61,024 nt of DNA, filler included, from Dugesia japonica (GCA_001938525.1; 6 parts of 6 records of this genome joined end to end with filler, not necessarily neighbours in it); one strand, 5' to 3'. Counted from the first letter of the whole stretch, positions 38,704-52,950 are shown. Notes: generated by a model from the letters alone, not told the origin. Numbers and translations are program-made.

Positions 38704-39892
38704 AACACGCAGTCTGAAAAGAAAACCAAACGAAGGGCCAGAGAGGAAGAATTAATAAAGAAAAAGGATTAAAAGGAAATTCAATCAGGAACAAAGCACT
38801 TACGATGAAAAAGATAGAATACATACATCAATAAAAGAAATCACAACGAATTAATTATGAATAACTAGTATGGCTAAATTAGAATAAAATTAATTAATAA
38901 ATAAAAGATTAAAATACCGAGAAGAGGGATAAAAAGATCTTGGATGAATAAATCTGGACCACATCGACTATGGTAATCAAAAGAAATTATGAAAATAATA
39001 ATTAAAATCAAGAAAAGCTACGAGTGAAAAATCATTAATTACCAGAAAAAATTAATTAATTTTGAAATAAAATAAAGCAAAATTAGTTAAAAATTCGTTT
39101 TTTACGAATAGCTTTGCTCAGAAGAATCGCAGCAACGCGTGAAAAAAAAATCTGAGAAGATCTCTAAATGAAGTATTAGGAGTTGAATATGAGAAAATCT
39201 TACCACCATCGAGAAGGTTGCCACAGAAATCTGAAAATAAAAATAAAACAAAGAAATGACAATCACATGTCACTCCAAAAATAGACACCAATAGAATGTC
39301 AAAAGACTCTACAAAAATTCTAAAATTTGGCATCAATACTAATAAGAATCAAGAATCCGAGAATAAAAATAACTGGCCAATACAGAACGAGTCGGGGTGT
39401 AACCAAAACGGGTTTATAAACCCCCCAAACTTTAGAAGAAAAACAACTTAAAAAACGAAATTTTCTAACTTTACTTAAGTTATTTGAATTGCTAAAGTTT
39501 TACGGAGGAACACTTACTGCTATTTGTATAATAAATCAAAGTAACACAAATTGCAAACTTACTTGTTAATTATCTTTGAAATTTAAAGGAACAAAGGTTT
39601 ATCGGTAAAATTCAGGACACGGCGAGAAATAATCAAAACTTAAATAGACAAAAATCCGTCGCAGATATTCTAAATAATAAGTAGTTAGTAATTTTGTCTG
39701 GATGAATATTCTGTTTTAAAATGAATTTAATAATAAATATTAAGTGTAACAGAAAATTTGTTTTGATTTTTGTAACTAATTTGAATAGTGCTTTAACCGA
39801 ATAGACAAAAGCAACATGCTCAAGAACTATCACTGATTCCTGCCGTTCAAACAATCGGCATACGAAGTTACAGTCGACCAAGAGATGCCGTG
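38693..39892 (+). repeat. 3' LTR (partial) of the giant Gypsy element
   Basis: Starts TGTTGGGGTGAAACAC, as at 41086. 39040-39295 matches 780-1035 and 41390-41653. Confidence 0.8.
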
Positions 39893-40728
39893 AGTAGATA
39901 GATAGTGGCAGTCCGCACCACGCACACATTCAGTAGTCCCCCCCGCCATGACGTAATGTAATGAAATTTAATCCTAATGTATTTAGTTGGGAATTTAAAA
40001 ACTACATCATTAGGTAATAGTACTTAATTTGGTGTTAAATGCCAGAAAATAATCAACTTACTTTTTATTGTTTATAGACTGTAACATTATTTGGATTGAA
40101 AATATCAGTTCGAACTCTAATATCATCAGGACATTGCTGTGTAAAATCAAGGAAAATATATCCATGAGGCATTACTGTTGCATCCTTAAATGAATCCAAT
40201 AGAAATTGCCGATTATTTGGATAAGCTTGTCTTGCTAGAAAATCAACAATAGTTTGGTCTCTTGGGTTTTTAAATATAACCAAATATTGAACATTTAAAT
40301 TACGTGTTCTATGATAACCACCTTGATGGAATAGATTCTGTGTAATGAATATTACAGTAACACCACAATGTCTTGATATTTTTATGAATAAATTATTAAA
40401 GTCTTTTTCTTTATTGGCTTCTTGATACAGATCATCAACAACAATAATATCACCTGTTTTCAATCTCTTGCTCAAGTTGTCATCAAATCCAATAATTATG
40501 GTNNNNNNNNNNNNNNNNNNNNNNNNNNNAGTCATTCCATGCTCCTCATCTGCACCTTTATGCCAATATATTGTATTGAATTTCGATTTGAATAAGTTTG
40601 ATTTGAATAATTTACACACAAACAAGATTTTTCCACTACCACTTTGTCCAACAGTTTGATATACAGCATCATTTCTTAGTTCCATAATAATTTATACTTG
40701 TTTAAACGTATCAATTGAATTAATATTG
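39893..40728 (-). mobile_element. Second Polinton fragment: AGTAGATAGATAG terminus plus packaging ATPase (40065-40685)
   Basis: ATPase GQSGSGKI/IVVDDL/FITQNLF/FKNPRD is clearly homologous to the 13906 copy. The terminus is shared with 1-49 and 40902. Confidence 0.88.
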
Positions 40729-40828
40729 NNNNNNNNNNNNNNNNNNNNNNNNNNNNNNNNNNNNNNNNNNNNTTAATTAATTAANNNNNNNNNNNNNNNN
40801 NNNNNNNNNNNNNNNNNNNNNNNNNNNN

Positions 40829-40902
40829 TATGTAATAATCCGATTACGAGGGGGGGTTCTACTGAATGTGTGCGTGGTGCCATCCGCTACTATCTATCTA
40901 CT
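40829..40902 (-). mobile_element. Polinton TIR end at contig start
   Basis: ...CTACTGAATGTGTGCGTGGTGCCATCCGCTACTATCTATCTACT. Confidence 0.7.
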
Positions 40903-41085
40903 CACAAAGACTCCCCTCTTTGATTAAATTCTATAATAAAACAAATATCTATGGACTTCACTCTTTGGTTATTTTATAACAAAATAAACAAGGACTTCCT
41001 TATTTGAAACAATATACTGTAACTATGTAAATAATACATAATTTCTTTAAAGTTTATATTATATTCTATTATATTCTTTTATTAT

Positions 41086-43556
41086 TGTTGGGGTGAAACA
41101 CCCGATTAAGAAGAAAGCAAGGCCAAAGGCCCAAATCATAAGCGGAAGGCTACTAGCAAAGAAAACTAATGAAGAACAGTATTCATATTATAATAATAAA
41201 CTACGAATAATCAATCATGGACAGAATATGTTAAAATATCTGATAAAAGGCCAAAAGAAAAAGAAAGTGAGTATGAAGACCTTGGTGAAATAAGTTAGCT
41301 CACACCAAGGCCAATAATTAAAGGGAATTATCAAAATAATAATAAACGGCAGAAGAAATTAATGTCAGTAAATAATTATTTATTGCAGAAAAATTAATTA
41401 ATTTAAAAGAAAAATAAATTGAAATTGATCGAAAACTGGATTTTGGTGATTACCTCTACTCTGCCAAATCACAGCGACCTCTGGTAAACAAATCTGAGAA
41501 GAATTGGTGACAAAACATTAAGAATTGGGTAATAGAAAATCTTATCACAATCCAGAAGGTTTCCACAGGGATTTGAAGATTGGGCCAATAAGAGATCCGA
41601 AAAAAAAATCAAAGGAATGACAATCACATATCATTTCAAAAATAGACGCCAATGGTGTAAACCGAGCACGAGACCAAAGTAAACTTGAAAAGAAAATTAT
41701 TTGTAATTAATTACTATATTTAAAAGGGAGAACCAAATCAAAATCAATTCATTGTTCTCAATTCGGAATTGCCAATTTGTCAGTGTTCAACCCGTTGACA
41801 GAATCATAGCCAATCTATTAAATGGAATATCTTTGGGAAACGCTATTCGATCGTCTTACCAATAGGGTAATTTTTAAACGGTATTGGAATCCTCATGATC
41901 GTAATGCATGGTTCCTTACCGATTAATCCAATATGCCTTCCGTCGACGCAGAAAATGAAATAGAATGGGCTGCATCCAAACGCTAGGCCTTTTACGAATG
42001 GAGAGGTCCCGACCAAACCCACGAGGTTTTACATCGCGTCACCGTCACTGATCCGAAAACCAGGCATATTACAAGCGTGTGGCGTGACGGGCCTGTATTT
42101 ATCTCTATATTGGCCACATACGTGCCACCCCACACGATATTGAGTGGAGAGATAAGCAATACTTTTTGGGACTTGCGGAATAGTGCAAGTAATGGGTTGG
42201 CGGAAAATAATGCTCCTTATCTACTCGAAGAAAATCCATTGTTTCAAATATACTCTTGTTTTATTAATGATAATATATTCTGTGTAAAAAATTAACTTAG
42301 TTACGTTCTTTTTAAATCTGTTGTTGACGGGTATTATTAAAAATAATCAAATAAAAGTTGAAATTTTTGAGGATTTTAATGTTTTAGTTTGAAGGTATTT
42401 TAATAGTCATAATATATTTATTCCAGTGCACTCATCGTTAAATAGACCACCAGCCCCTACCAAGAAAGTAAGGGAATCCAGTGAAGACATTGAGATGTCT
42501 TGGGAGCTGCACCGATTAACCAAACGGCGATTTGAGGCAGAGATGACCACTGCTAATGCCAAAGTGAAGCGGTACCAGGCCAAATGTGTCCACATTCGCA
42601 AGGAAATTGAGGCTTCGCACGCTCAAGAGAGAGTTTGGAAGTTAGAGGTAGAATCCTTCAAAGAAATGATCCGGTCCAACCATGACTGAGAAAATAAACT
42701 GGTCAATGACATCTTACTCCTCAAAGAAAAAATGCCTTTGCAGCCTCTCATGATTGATAAAGGTACCCAAAAGACTTGTACTTAATTATGGTTGTAATAT
42801 TCCATCTTCATAAATAAATATCGTTTATGTATCAAGAGTTGTCTCTGTTTACTAATCTTTTTTTATTTTTGTTATAATGATAAATATTGGATATTAATCC
42901 TTAGGCCTAATAAAATGATGATAATTTCTCCATAATATTCCCATTGTTTCAGTGTCCCGCATCAGGCTTCCAAGTAGGTTAAGTCGTTGCCATCGAATCA
43001 TCCAAAGATTACTTGTGGAAAGAAATCTCAAAAGTCAAACCGAGAGGGCTCTTTTAAAACTTTTGGCTCAAAGGAATAAGCTGATTAAGAAATTAGACAT
43101 AATAGTCAAAATGCAGAACGACATAGCCGAGCAGGCAAAACAACTCCTGCAACACAAGGTCGAATTTTTGAAACGGTATATTGCCAATCTGTCCCGCTAA
43201 TAAGGCCATGAATCGTGTCTCAACTGGGACGATCCAGATGACTTCGATTTCATACCCGAAAAGCTTACCCAGTGGTTAGACCCGGGAGCTCTAGATGAAA
43301 TGTAGTATAGAAACAATTCAATTTATTAGCAATCTGTGTTTATTTTTTGATACTTTAAAATAATAGGGAAATAACTACGGACCCGAACCACAGGTGTACG
43401 AGTGTGAACCTCGCATGAAGTTGAATGGTCAACCGTTCTTCACTGAATATCTAATTTGCGGACATTATATCTAAATTCTTGACGGGGTACACCTGAGGGT
43501 CGTTTTTTTCCCGGCCAGTTTTTCTCTCCATCATCAGCTCAGATGGAACCCCAACA
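41086..43556 (+). mobile_element. Complete solo LTR (2471 bp, spliced form) with 4-bp TSD TTAT
   Basis: TTAT|TGTTGGGG...CCCCAACA|TTAT, with perfect 8-bp terminal inverted repeats. Contains ORFs A, B and C. Confidence 0.88.
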
Positions 43557-44929
43557 TTATTATTACCATAATTTCCATAATTTCCATAATTTCAATTATG
43601 ATAATATGAAATTAATACTATAAATATTTTTGAAATTAAAATGGTGAGTTTATTTTTTGAATGATAAATTTTTTTAAGTTAAATTTTAATAAGATTTTTT
43701 TAATTAGATTTTTTTATAACTTAATTTATTATTAATTGAAATTTAGGTAAATATGTTAAAAGGTTCATTTATTATATGGTCAATGATATTTAAAGGTTTC
43801 TTTAATATAGTCAAAAATGAGACAAAAATGTCTAATATGTGCTAAATAATATAAAATATGCCATGTATTAAATAAGTAACAGTTGCGTTATAATTTCATA
43901 CCATCAAATTATTGATGATGATGACTGATTTTTTTAAAGCAATTGTAGCAGAGTTCAATTTATGACCGGATGTGAACGTCCAAAAGCATTGCTATCAGAG
44001 ATGCACATACCGTAATCGAGCTCAGTCTAGTTAAAACTACCCAAACTGACGGACCTTGATGGATTGGTTCGTCGGTGTGTACATGTTGGAGAAAGTAATG
44101 TAATGGTAGGAAGAAAAACAAGACTGTCACTAAATCAATGCATAAAAATAATTAATAATTATTAATAATTTATGGATTTAAACTTATAGAAAAATTAAAT
44201 TAATGTCTTATTTAATAATTTTCAGCTCATAAAACCTTAGAAATAAAACTGAAACTCATTTTTGGAACACAAACGCTGCATTCATGCTACACACAAATAT
44301 CATGGTTACCTTTGGCAACCTAAAGACATTTTCGATGGCCAACTCAAATATACCATCAAAACCATAAAAATTATCACCCGAAACTTTTTCTGTCGTGACA
44401 CACACACCATCACCTACAAAATACCAAACATTTACACTATCACATATACCCCGTATTTGTTTTTTCTACCAATCACAATTCATCCAAATCCAACAAAAAA
44501 TCACAATACTAGACCTTTTAAACTGAAATCAAATAACACGTCACTGTAACCAACAGAAACACTTTTATAAAAAGTTATCTATAGCATTATATACAGATTT
44601 GCAAACCCTACTCAAAAATATCATCAAAATTTCACAATTCACCAAAATGAAGAATGTAGATATTCGCTGTTATCTCTCAGAAAATCGCCAAGCACAATGA
44701 ATGTCTTTCCAGATTTGAAAAAGGAAACCAAACTGGCTAATATGTTAATAAATTGTGTTAAAATCCCGTATACGATATTTATATCAGGAGCAAAAGGCTC
44801 TATATATTTGGATAGATGAAGTCATCAATAGAAGTCATCATTAGAAGTCATCAATATGAACAAAAGAAGGCACTATTATTGTACTAGAAATGCTAAACAT
44901 CGTAAAACCCCTTGTGACATTTTCGGCAA

Positions 44930-46250
44930 ATGAACCATTATGAATATATAATGTCAATATGAATGATATCCATACATTTAAATCCTTTGTAAGACTGGCG
45001 TTAACAAAGAAACAGGAGGATCGTTTAACTTGTTTTGTTGCAGCACTTTATTATACCCTTCGAAGCAATCTCGCTACAGAAGTAATCGCTGTTACGATTT
45101 TGAACTTTGATGGTGAACTGATTGTAAATTTTCTCATTATCCCAAAAAATTCGGCAAAACCTTAGCATTCCCATGCACATGGTCTCCAGAAGGAGGAAGT
45201 CAGAGGAGGCTGGAATAAAGAAGATGTCAATACAGAAATCAAAATTATATTAGGCAAGCGAATAATTGTTGAACTCACAGTTACAGATTTCTTTGAAGCA
45301 ATAAATATTTCTTTTGCAAGGGTGCTTTGATTTCGTGACTTAGAAGGCGCTAAATATTTTGAAAATTTAAATCTCAAGAAATGTAAAGGAGCCTTTTGCA
45401 TTTTCTCCAGAAACCAAATACCGTTCGACGTTGATTTAAAATCAGAGATTGATGCCTGAATTATCGAATGATATACTAAAAAAATTAAAAATGATTTGGA
45501 TGACCACATTATCTCAAAACTTAAAAGTAGCATTCCCCAATCTATCATTATAAAAAATCAAACAATGATGAACCAGGGGCATCAGTTAATCAATTAGCTT
45601 ACGAAATAGAAAAACCTTTGGAAGATCGCAATGATATCAAACCTAAAGAAGACGAGTTAGACCCACCCGCAACAGAAACGCTGCAGGAGGAAGAAAATAT
45701 GGCAGTAGAATCCAATGAGCCAAGAAAATAAACTAAAGAAACGACAATTAAGAAGATATGAATTGGTATTAAAATCATTAAAGTGATGGAAGCTCCGGCA
45801 GCAGAAGACGATGGAGAACTAGCTACAGTCATTAGAGAAACCAGCGGATGAAAAAACAATGAGAAGAAGCCTACTCCCTCCAGACAAAGAAAGTTTCATG
45901 AAGTACAGCAATTCTTGTATTTAGATGAATATGATCCTATTTACTTCCACAAATCTGGCGAAAGTTGAAAAAACCGCCTTTGAGGTTTAAATGAAAAGAA
46001 AGAACTGCAGTTGTCATAAAAAATCATTGGAAGTTAATGGACAGAGTAAGTAGTGTCCTTAGTAGTATTAGTACACAAACAAACTAGAAATCCTTTAATC
46101 GTCTCCTATAATTTTGCAGCATGACAAATGAATAGTAAAAGACCACATGTCATACCGAATACACAAAGGCTATAGAAGGTTACTCCATCTAAACTCAAAA
46201 AACAAAAACAGCCTCAACCCAGTACAAGCAGTGCAAAACAACAGTAATGA
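44930..46250 (+). pseudogene. Long decayed ORF of unknown (TE/viral?) origin
   Basis: Frame stays largely readable through scattered stops (MNDIHTFKSFVRL...HSHAHGLQKEEVRGGW...acidic tail). No family recognised. Confidence 0.35.
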
Positions 46251-47831
46251 AAACTTCAGTAGTTAGTGCTACTCCCGTTCTACATTATAGTAGTCCTGCC
46301 ATAATAAAAGTCATAACAGTGAGCGCTATGGCCATTCTATATTATCGCAAGCCAATTTCCGGAATGAAATGCATAACAGTTTCGCTTCTTTCGATTTTCA
46401 TCCATCAATCAATCATGTTCTATATCCGAAAAAACAAACTCGAATCTTTGCTCTACCAGCTACTCCGGTTCTTCGTTTACTTCCAATCATCAATTTCATT
46501 CATAACAAACAATTCAATTTATGCAAATGTGATTCTTTTGTTTTGTAAACATTTGTTTATTTCTTATATATGTATATTGACTATGATATCATTCTATTCA
46601 TTGTGAGTTCCATTTTTGGAAATAAAAATATCTTTGTTTCATAGGGTAAAATTTACAGAACTTTATATTGGATTTGTTTTAATAATTAAAGTGAAATATT
46701 GTTAGAATAAAATAAATTATTAATTACTATAAATAAAATAACCATTTTTAATAAAAAAAATTAATAAGTACTAAAATTAGTAGTTGTTTAAATGTTTCAA
46801 TTTAAATTTATACAAGGTCACTAAAATTAGAAAACTTTATTTACTAAATTTAAATTTTAAGTTTAACAATTATAAAGGGCAAACAAAAGTCAACTAGTTT
46901 GAAATAGTATATATACTCATTTGAAAATTCCGAAAAAACTGTAAAGTTTTATCTATCCGAAAGTTTAAATTGCGTAAGCTTATTTTATTGATATGCTTTT
47001 CTCATTATTCCATTTATTATTTATTCATTATTCTATTTTTGGTAATTAATAAATTCTAAGTTCTAACTATTTTTTAAATAGCGATTTACAATAGTTTTTT
47101 ATAATGTTAAATCGTTGTAGTCTAAGTCAATTCTCTTATCTAGCGACTATCAATAGTGATATTGCTTTAGCCGTTGTAGAACTATAATACGTTTATATTG
47201 AGATAATTCAATAGTTTCTATTGTGATATCGTTAATAGTTTTATTATTAAGTAAATTATTAACTGTAGTCAGTTATTTATTTGTTAAATTGTCATAAAAT
47301 TAAGCGGTAAATTTATTTACTTTTTGTTACACGTGGTGAGTTATAAGGCCCACAATTAAATACCTTTGAGAACGGTAGTGTATTACCGGTAAATCTTTCA
47401 TAAAAAAATAAATAGAAGCGGTAACGCTTGGAGACACCAAAAATCACGTAATTTGGAAATCAATTGTAATATTATTTTATTTTAAAATCACATGTTATAT
47501 ATTTGTTTATTATTCAATAAATCTTAGACTAAAATCATGCTTGTGTTTTAATTATCATATTATTATTTATAATCAAATCTATATCTAAACGCGTTATTAT
47601 ATTTTTATTTGCAGTCAGCATTTTATAATTTATTGTTAATTCTTAAATACAAGACCTAACAGTTTCTTCACAATAGAAAAAAACATTTTGTAAGAAAACA
47701 ATTTTATTTATATGCTCAATAAAACTGCCATTGTTTTTAAAACACATTTTGAAGAGTGTTCTTCGCTGCTAATTTTACCTTTAAATTTTAAATATTTAAA
47801 TTTGTAAAATTTTTATTTTATATTTACATTA

Positions 47832-48487
47832 CACCTATCCCCCAATTTACACAGAAGATCAGTTCCTTAGAAAACCGTGTAAATCGAAATGTATGTTTTT
47901 AGTATGTAAAACACTAAAATATGAATAATTTCGACATTTATTTAAGCTTCAAATAAAAAATAATTCATTTATTAAAAGTAAATAAAAAAATATATAAAAA
48001 AATAACAAATTAATTCATGATATTATAAAAATAAAAAGTAATATCNAAGGAACAAAAAGATAATGAAAATTTTGGAATTATTACTTACAATAGCTTAATA
48101 TTTTTCTAAATTTATTATTATAAAAAATCAATAAATATGTATGCACTTTTCATCTAATAAATACATAAATTTAACTCACTAAACCAAGAACAAGTCCAAT
48201 CTCTTAATAATTTATGCAGAATAGGTGAATTNNNNNNNNNNNNNNNNNNNNNNNNNNNNNNNNNNNNNNNNNNNNNNNNNNNNNNNNNNNNNNNNNNNNN
48301 NNNNNNNNNNNNNNNNNNNNNNNNNNNNNNNNNNNNNNNNNNNNNNNNNNNNNNNNNNNNNNNNNNNNNNNNNNNNNNNNNNNNNNNNNNNNNNNNNNNN
48401 NNAAAGCGAAAAGTACCGTGTAAATCGGAGGATATATTTTTTTTAAAACCGTGTAAAAAAGGTACCGTGTAAATCAGGGGATAGGTG
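47832..48487. mobile_element. pogo/Tigger-like MITE with TA TSD
   Basis: TA|CACCTATCCCCCAATTTACAC ... GTGTAAATCAGGGGATAGGTG|TA, with subterminal CCGTGTAAA repeats. Confidence 0.75.
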
Positions 48488-48751
48488 TACTTTATTTTTA
48501 AATATTGCATAAAATTAAATAAAATGATTTTCATAAAAGATGCTAGTTATAGTTATTTCTTTAAAATCTGATTTTGGTAATGAAACCAACATCGATATTT
48601 TCAAACATTTTAAATATAAACCATGATTAAAAATTATTTAAAATTTAGTTATTATTTGTTTATTTAACTTTTCAGTGTAATTATGTCAACTTAAATATTT
48701 CAAATTTTCATTTTCATTATTATATTTATTTTTAATACTTTTTATTATATA

Positions 48752-49587
48752 ATGTGTAAATTAATTTGGATTTTAATGACTGTAATATGTTACATTCCAT
48801 TTTCTATATTAATGGGTAATTCTTAATTATTAAATCTTATAATTGAATGTTTTACATAGAAGTAAATAAAGACAACTGTAAAAATAATCAGGTTTTATTT
48901 TCTAAATGTAATTTTGCTATCAATATTGTGCCACCACTAGATTCAGATTTGCAATGTCAATTAAAATTTACATTTGCAAATAACACTTTAGTTTCATTTA
49001 TTAATAGTCGAACATTCATTAAATCACAAGTAGATAATAAATGTCCTGCTCTAGAATTCATTATTCACAATGGAACTGATAAAAAAGTAAAACAGTAGTG
49101 GGCAATGACAATTTAAAATTTTAGTCTAGATTAGTTCAACATGTGGTGGTAGTTTGGATTATATATCTAAAGTTTTCTCTGGTTTTATTTACGCCAGTTT
49201 TAATTACAAAAATACTGGTTTCAATGATTATGAAACTAATATTAGCATGCAATTATCAGTAATAGCAAATTGCTATGATGCCACTGCTCCACCACCATCA
49301 CCAAGCAAAACAATAATTTGGATATTAATAGCATGCGGCGTTGTTTTGATAATTATCATTGCCATTATAATTGCAATTGATCGCAACAGGAAAGTTCCTC
49401 CGAAGAGTGAGTTTACTTTTTCTTAATGAACTTTATTATTTTCTTTAGAATTCAACGCGCAGTTGATTGTTAAAGAAGAAGTTGATGGTTCCTACTTTTA
49501 TTAAATAAATCTTTTATTAATATTTTTCACATTTTAGAAAATTTTCCACAGGAAATCAAACCAATAATTGAAGAAACGAATTCTTAA
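48752..49587 (+). CDS. Intact 5-exon type I membrane protein (~220 aa, CUB-like ectodomain). Exons 48752-48815, 48860-49086, 49130-49406, 49449-49487, 49538-49587
   Basis: Signal peptide MCKLIWILMTVICYIPFSILM, Cys-spaced beta-rich domain (CQLKF..CPALEF..TCGGS), PPPSP linker, TM IIWILIACGVVLIIIIAIIIAI. Four GT-AG introns preserve the frame to TAA. Confidence 0.75.
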
Positions 49588-52541
49588 AACAATTTGCTTT
49601 ATAATTTAGTTTTGTACGTAATAGTCGGGTGTTTTGATTGGATAAATGTTATTGATGCTTTTATTGATTATAAATATGCATTTGTAAATCGGACATTTGT
49701 AAAACGGTTTTTTCGTTATATTATTTTGTGTGTTGTTTTTTTTATATTATTATAACCATAATTTGTTTATTATTTTATTTATTTGTTTTATTTTATTTTG
49801 AATAATAAAATTAATCAATTCTATGTCATTTTTATTAAAGTTTTTAATGCCTATTTAATTCTCCATATTGTTTATTTTATTTAATATAATTTAGACAATA
49901 TATTATGATTTGGATTTACAATATATTTGTTTCAGTGGAATTTATATTGTTAATGAAATTGAATTTTGTTAATTATTTAGACAAATTATACGAAATATAA
50001 CTGAATATTTTCGAGCTTATAACTACTCAATGATTGTGGATATTAATGAAATGATCGATTGTGTTATTTTAGTCTTTATTAATTAGTCTTTAATTCTCCA
50101 TATTGTTTTGAAAACTAATTATGATCGAAAATTCACTGCAGATCACTGAAATAAATTATTATACTTTTTATCAGTCTAGTTTTAATCTCATAAATCCCAA
50201 TGAACAATCTATTTATTAGAAGTTAAAAATAAGTTTTTGTAAAATGATTGTTTGCAACAAATGTTCAGTTGGAAAATTATCATTTGGCGCTTTTTTTCTA
50301 ATAAAAGCAATTAATCTGCAATTTTTTAAACGCATTGAATTAATTAAAACTCAAATAATAAACTCGATAATATGTAACAAGGTAAAAAAAAATAACAAAA
50401 ATGAAAAATCAAATCAAACTATTTCATGTTTCATTTTATTAGCATTAAAATCGATAAAGCAGATTTTCATGTTGTAGAAAATAGCAGCAAAAATTGTTTT
50501 GTCTTGAACCCAAAATTGACTGAGATTTGTTAAATGAAATCATGAATAGGAACTTAATTCTAAAAAAAGTTTCCCCGTTGAAGAAAGTCAGATTATTTTC
50601 TTTGTGTTCTTAAATGCATTTAAACTTCATCCAATCATCTCTTTCTAGGGATAATATTCAACTAAATCGAATGAATGTGCTTCTTTCAAGGCGTGATCGG
50701 AAAATTGTACACAATACAGATTTTCTCGTGGAAAAGTCTTAAACAAATAAATAACTTTTATAGAAATGAACATCTTGATTTAGCTGCTAATCAAGTAAAG
50801 CCGCGAAAAATTTTTTAAAAGAGAATCATTCATTTATTACTAATTTGTTAATTATTGGTTAATGTGGTTGTAGAAAGAATGCGAGTAGGTAATTAGATCC
50901 GCACTAAACTACCTCTCCGAAAAGAAAAGTTTGGTTTAAAATTTGATTAGCCGCACAAAAGTTTGTAGCAATTTCATTGGTCAAAATTTTAGTTGTTGGT
51001 TACGTAATGATGTCCTATAGTTATGTAACTATTGCATAATCATTAAATAATAGTTCTGTTATAAGTGATTGACTTTATAACTTTGTTTAAGTGAGGTGAA
51101 TTTATTTATTTTAAAATTAAGTGAAATTAATTATTTTTGTTTAAATTAAGCGAAATTAACGATTTTTAGTTTAAATTAAATGAAATTAATTATTTTCGAA
51201 GTAAAAGTCTCCTGAGTAATATTAACTTTAGTTGCGCTGGATAATATTAAGATAAATATTAATGAAGCCGGGAAATATTAAGATTAGTGGCATCAAGTAA
51301 TATTAACATTAGTCGCCCAGGGCAACATTAATATTAGACGCTCACCGGACAATATTGACATCAACACTAGACGGACCCAAGTGACATTAATATTAAAATA
51401 TTTACATGAGATTTTGTTTTGGTTAAGTAAAATTAATGACTTTTTGAGTTTTTTCGTGGAAAATTTGTGAAAAAACATAATTTTTGTTTAAATTAACCCC
51501 AACTTTCAAATNTTTAAATAGTTAAGCTACGTTCCCAATGCGGTTTAAATATTAGATGTTTCAGTGTTCATACTATAGGTGTTCGTTGGAAGCATTAGTT
51601 TTCCAGTGTGCAAACTATGAGACTTCTACAAGTTCGCACTTTTGGCTCTACTCGACATTAGATGCTTCCTGGCTCAATATTAGATACTCACCCGACGAAA
51701 ATCATTGTTAATTGTTATGTTTAAGAAAAATTATTCATTGTCTTAATATAATTAATGAAATCAGAATATTATTTGTATTCTAAGTAAAATTATTATTAAT
51801 AATATCAATAAAAATTATTTTCATACATTGTTCCGAGAACAGTTCTGTTTTCATTCCATACCATTATGTTGAGGTGGTAAGTGTGTAAGAAAGCAATAGT
51901 AATTGCTCATGTGAGTCCTATAATGAATTTTGATACACTTATAGTGACCACACCCAACAATATTTTTGGCAATATTAAATTCCTTTTATTTTTAATTAAC
52001 CTATAGGCTTTCGCGATAGATATTTATTTACGGAAAAATAACACCCTTTAGTAATGCTAGTGGACTCAAAAATAATGATTTTCCCGCTATTTTAATTAAT
52101 TAATTAATTAAATAAATAATTACCAAATAATATCCAAAAATCTGAAATCCAAAATAAAATATTTATTGTATTTTTTTTTAAAGCTATCACCTTAAAAAAT
52201 AATTTAACAACATTTATACAATAGGCTAATCACCTAAAAAATTGTGTTTAATAACATTATGTTAACTGCTTTTTTCAAAATCGATGATAATGCCTGTCAA
52301 ATAAAAATAATAAAATAATGGATTAAATTGATCCATTTTTAAACCAACAATAATAATGATAATATTGTCATCATTTCTATAACAATGAATCACATTAATC
52401 CAATTTTCGCCAATCAAAATAATAACAAAATAAAATTAAAAAAAATAATAAATAACAAATGGATCAATTTGATCAATTAGCAAATTCATTAGCACAGTTT
52501 TTTTGCTAATTTAATAAACATTCAAAATTATAATGATAATG

Positions 52542-52572
<31 letters not shown>

Positions 52573-52672
52573 NNNNNNNNNNNNNNNNNNNNNNNNNNNN
52601 NNNNNNNNNNNNNNNNTTAATTAATTAANNNNNNNNNNNNNNNNNNNNNNNNNNNNNNNNNNNNNNNNNNNN

Positions 52673-52950
52673 ACAGAAAATTATAAGTGGATAATTGTGA
52701 AGGCTAATTGTGATTATAAAATTAAGTGAGTATCAGGTAAAAGGAACCCGAACCAAAGGAGTGCAAGTCTGTACTCGGGTTACGAGTCAATGGCTTCATT
52801 CCGAAGATCTGGATATTTTGGGGCACACCAAATTCAAATTCATCGCGGGTTTTAACTGGTCAATTACCCTAGATTAAATTTCATATAAAGTTCGACCCCC
52901 TTAGATGTAATCATATAATAAATCAACCCACCTACGGTAAAACCCCAACA
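52673..52950 (+). repeat. 3' end of a diverged related LTR
   Basis: ACCCGAACCAAAGG motif (as at 4418 and 43381) and terminal AAACCCCAACA. Confidence 0.55.

Larger units (their letters stand above)
30300..39892 (+). mobile_element. Giant Ty3/Gypsy LTR retrotransposon (Burro-like), 5'-truncated, 3' LTR interrupted by a Polinton end
   Basis: PR-RT-RH-IN order, ~4.7 kb of extra ORFs, PPT and TGTTGGGG LTR start. Confidence 0.88.

Noticed and set aside
39633-39929. 98-aa minus-strand ORF MCAWCGLP...
   Set aside because: Starts inside the Polinton TIR and crosses the insertion junction, so it is a chance chimeric frame.
39893-40902. The two facing Polinton ends as one complete 1-kb element
   Set aside because: Separated by a linker. 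The flanks GCCGTG and CACAAA do not form a 6-bp TSD, and the flanking LTR sequences are not colinear.
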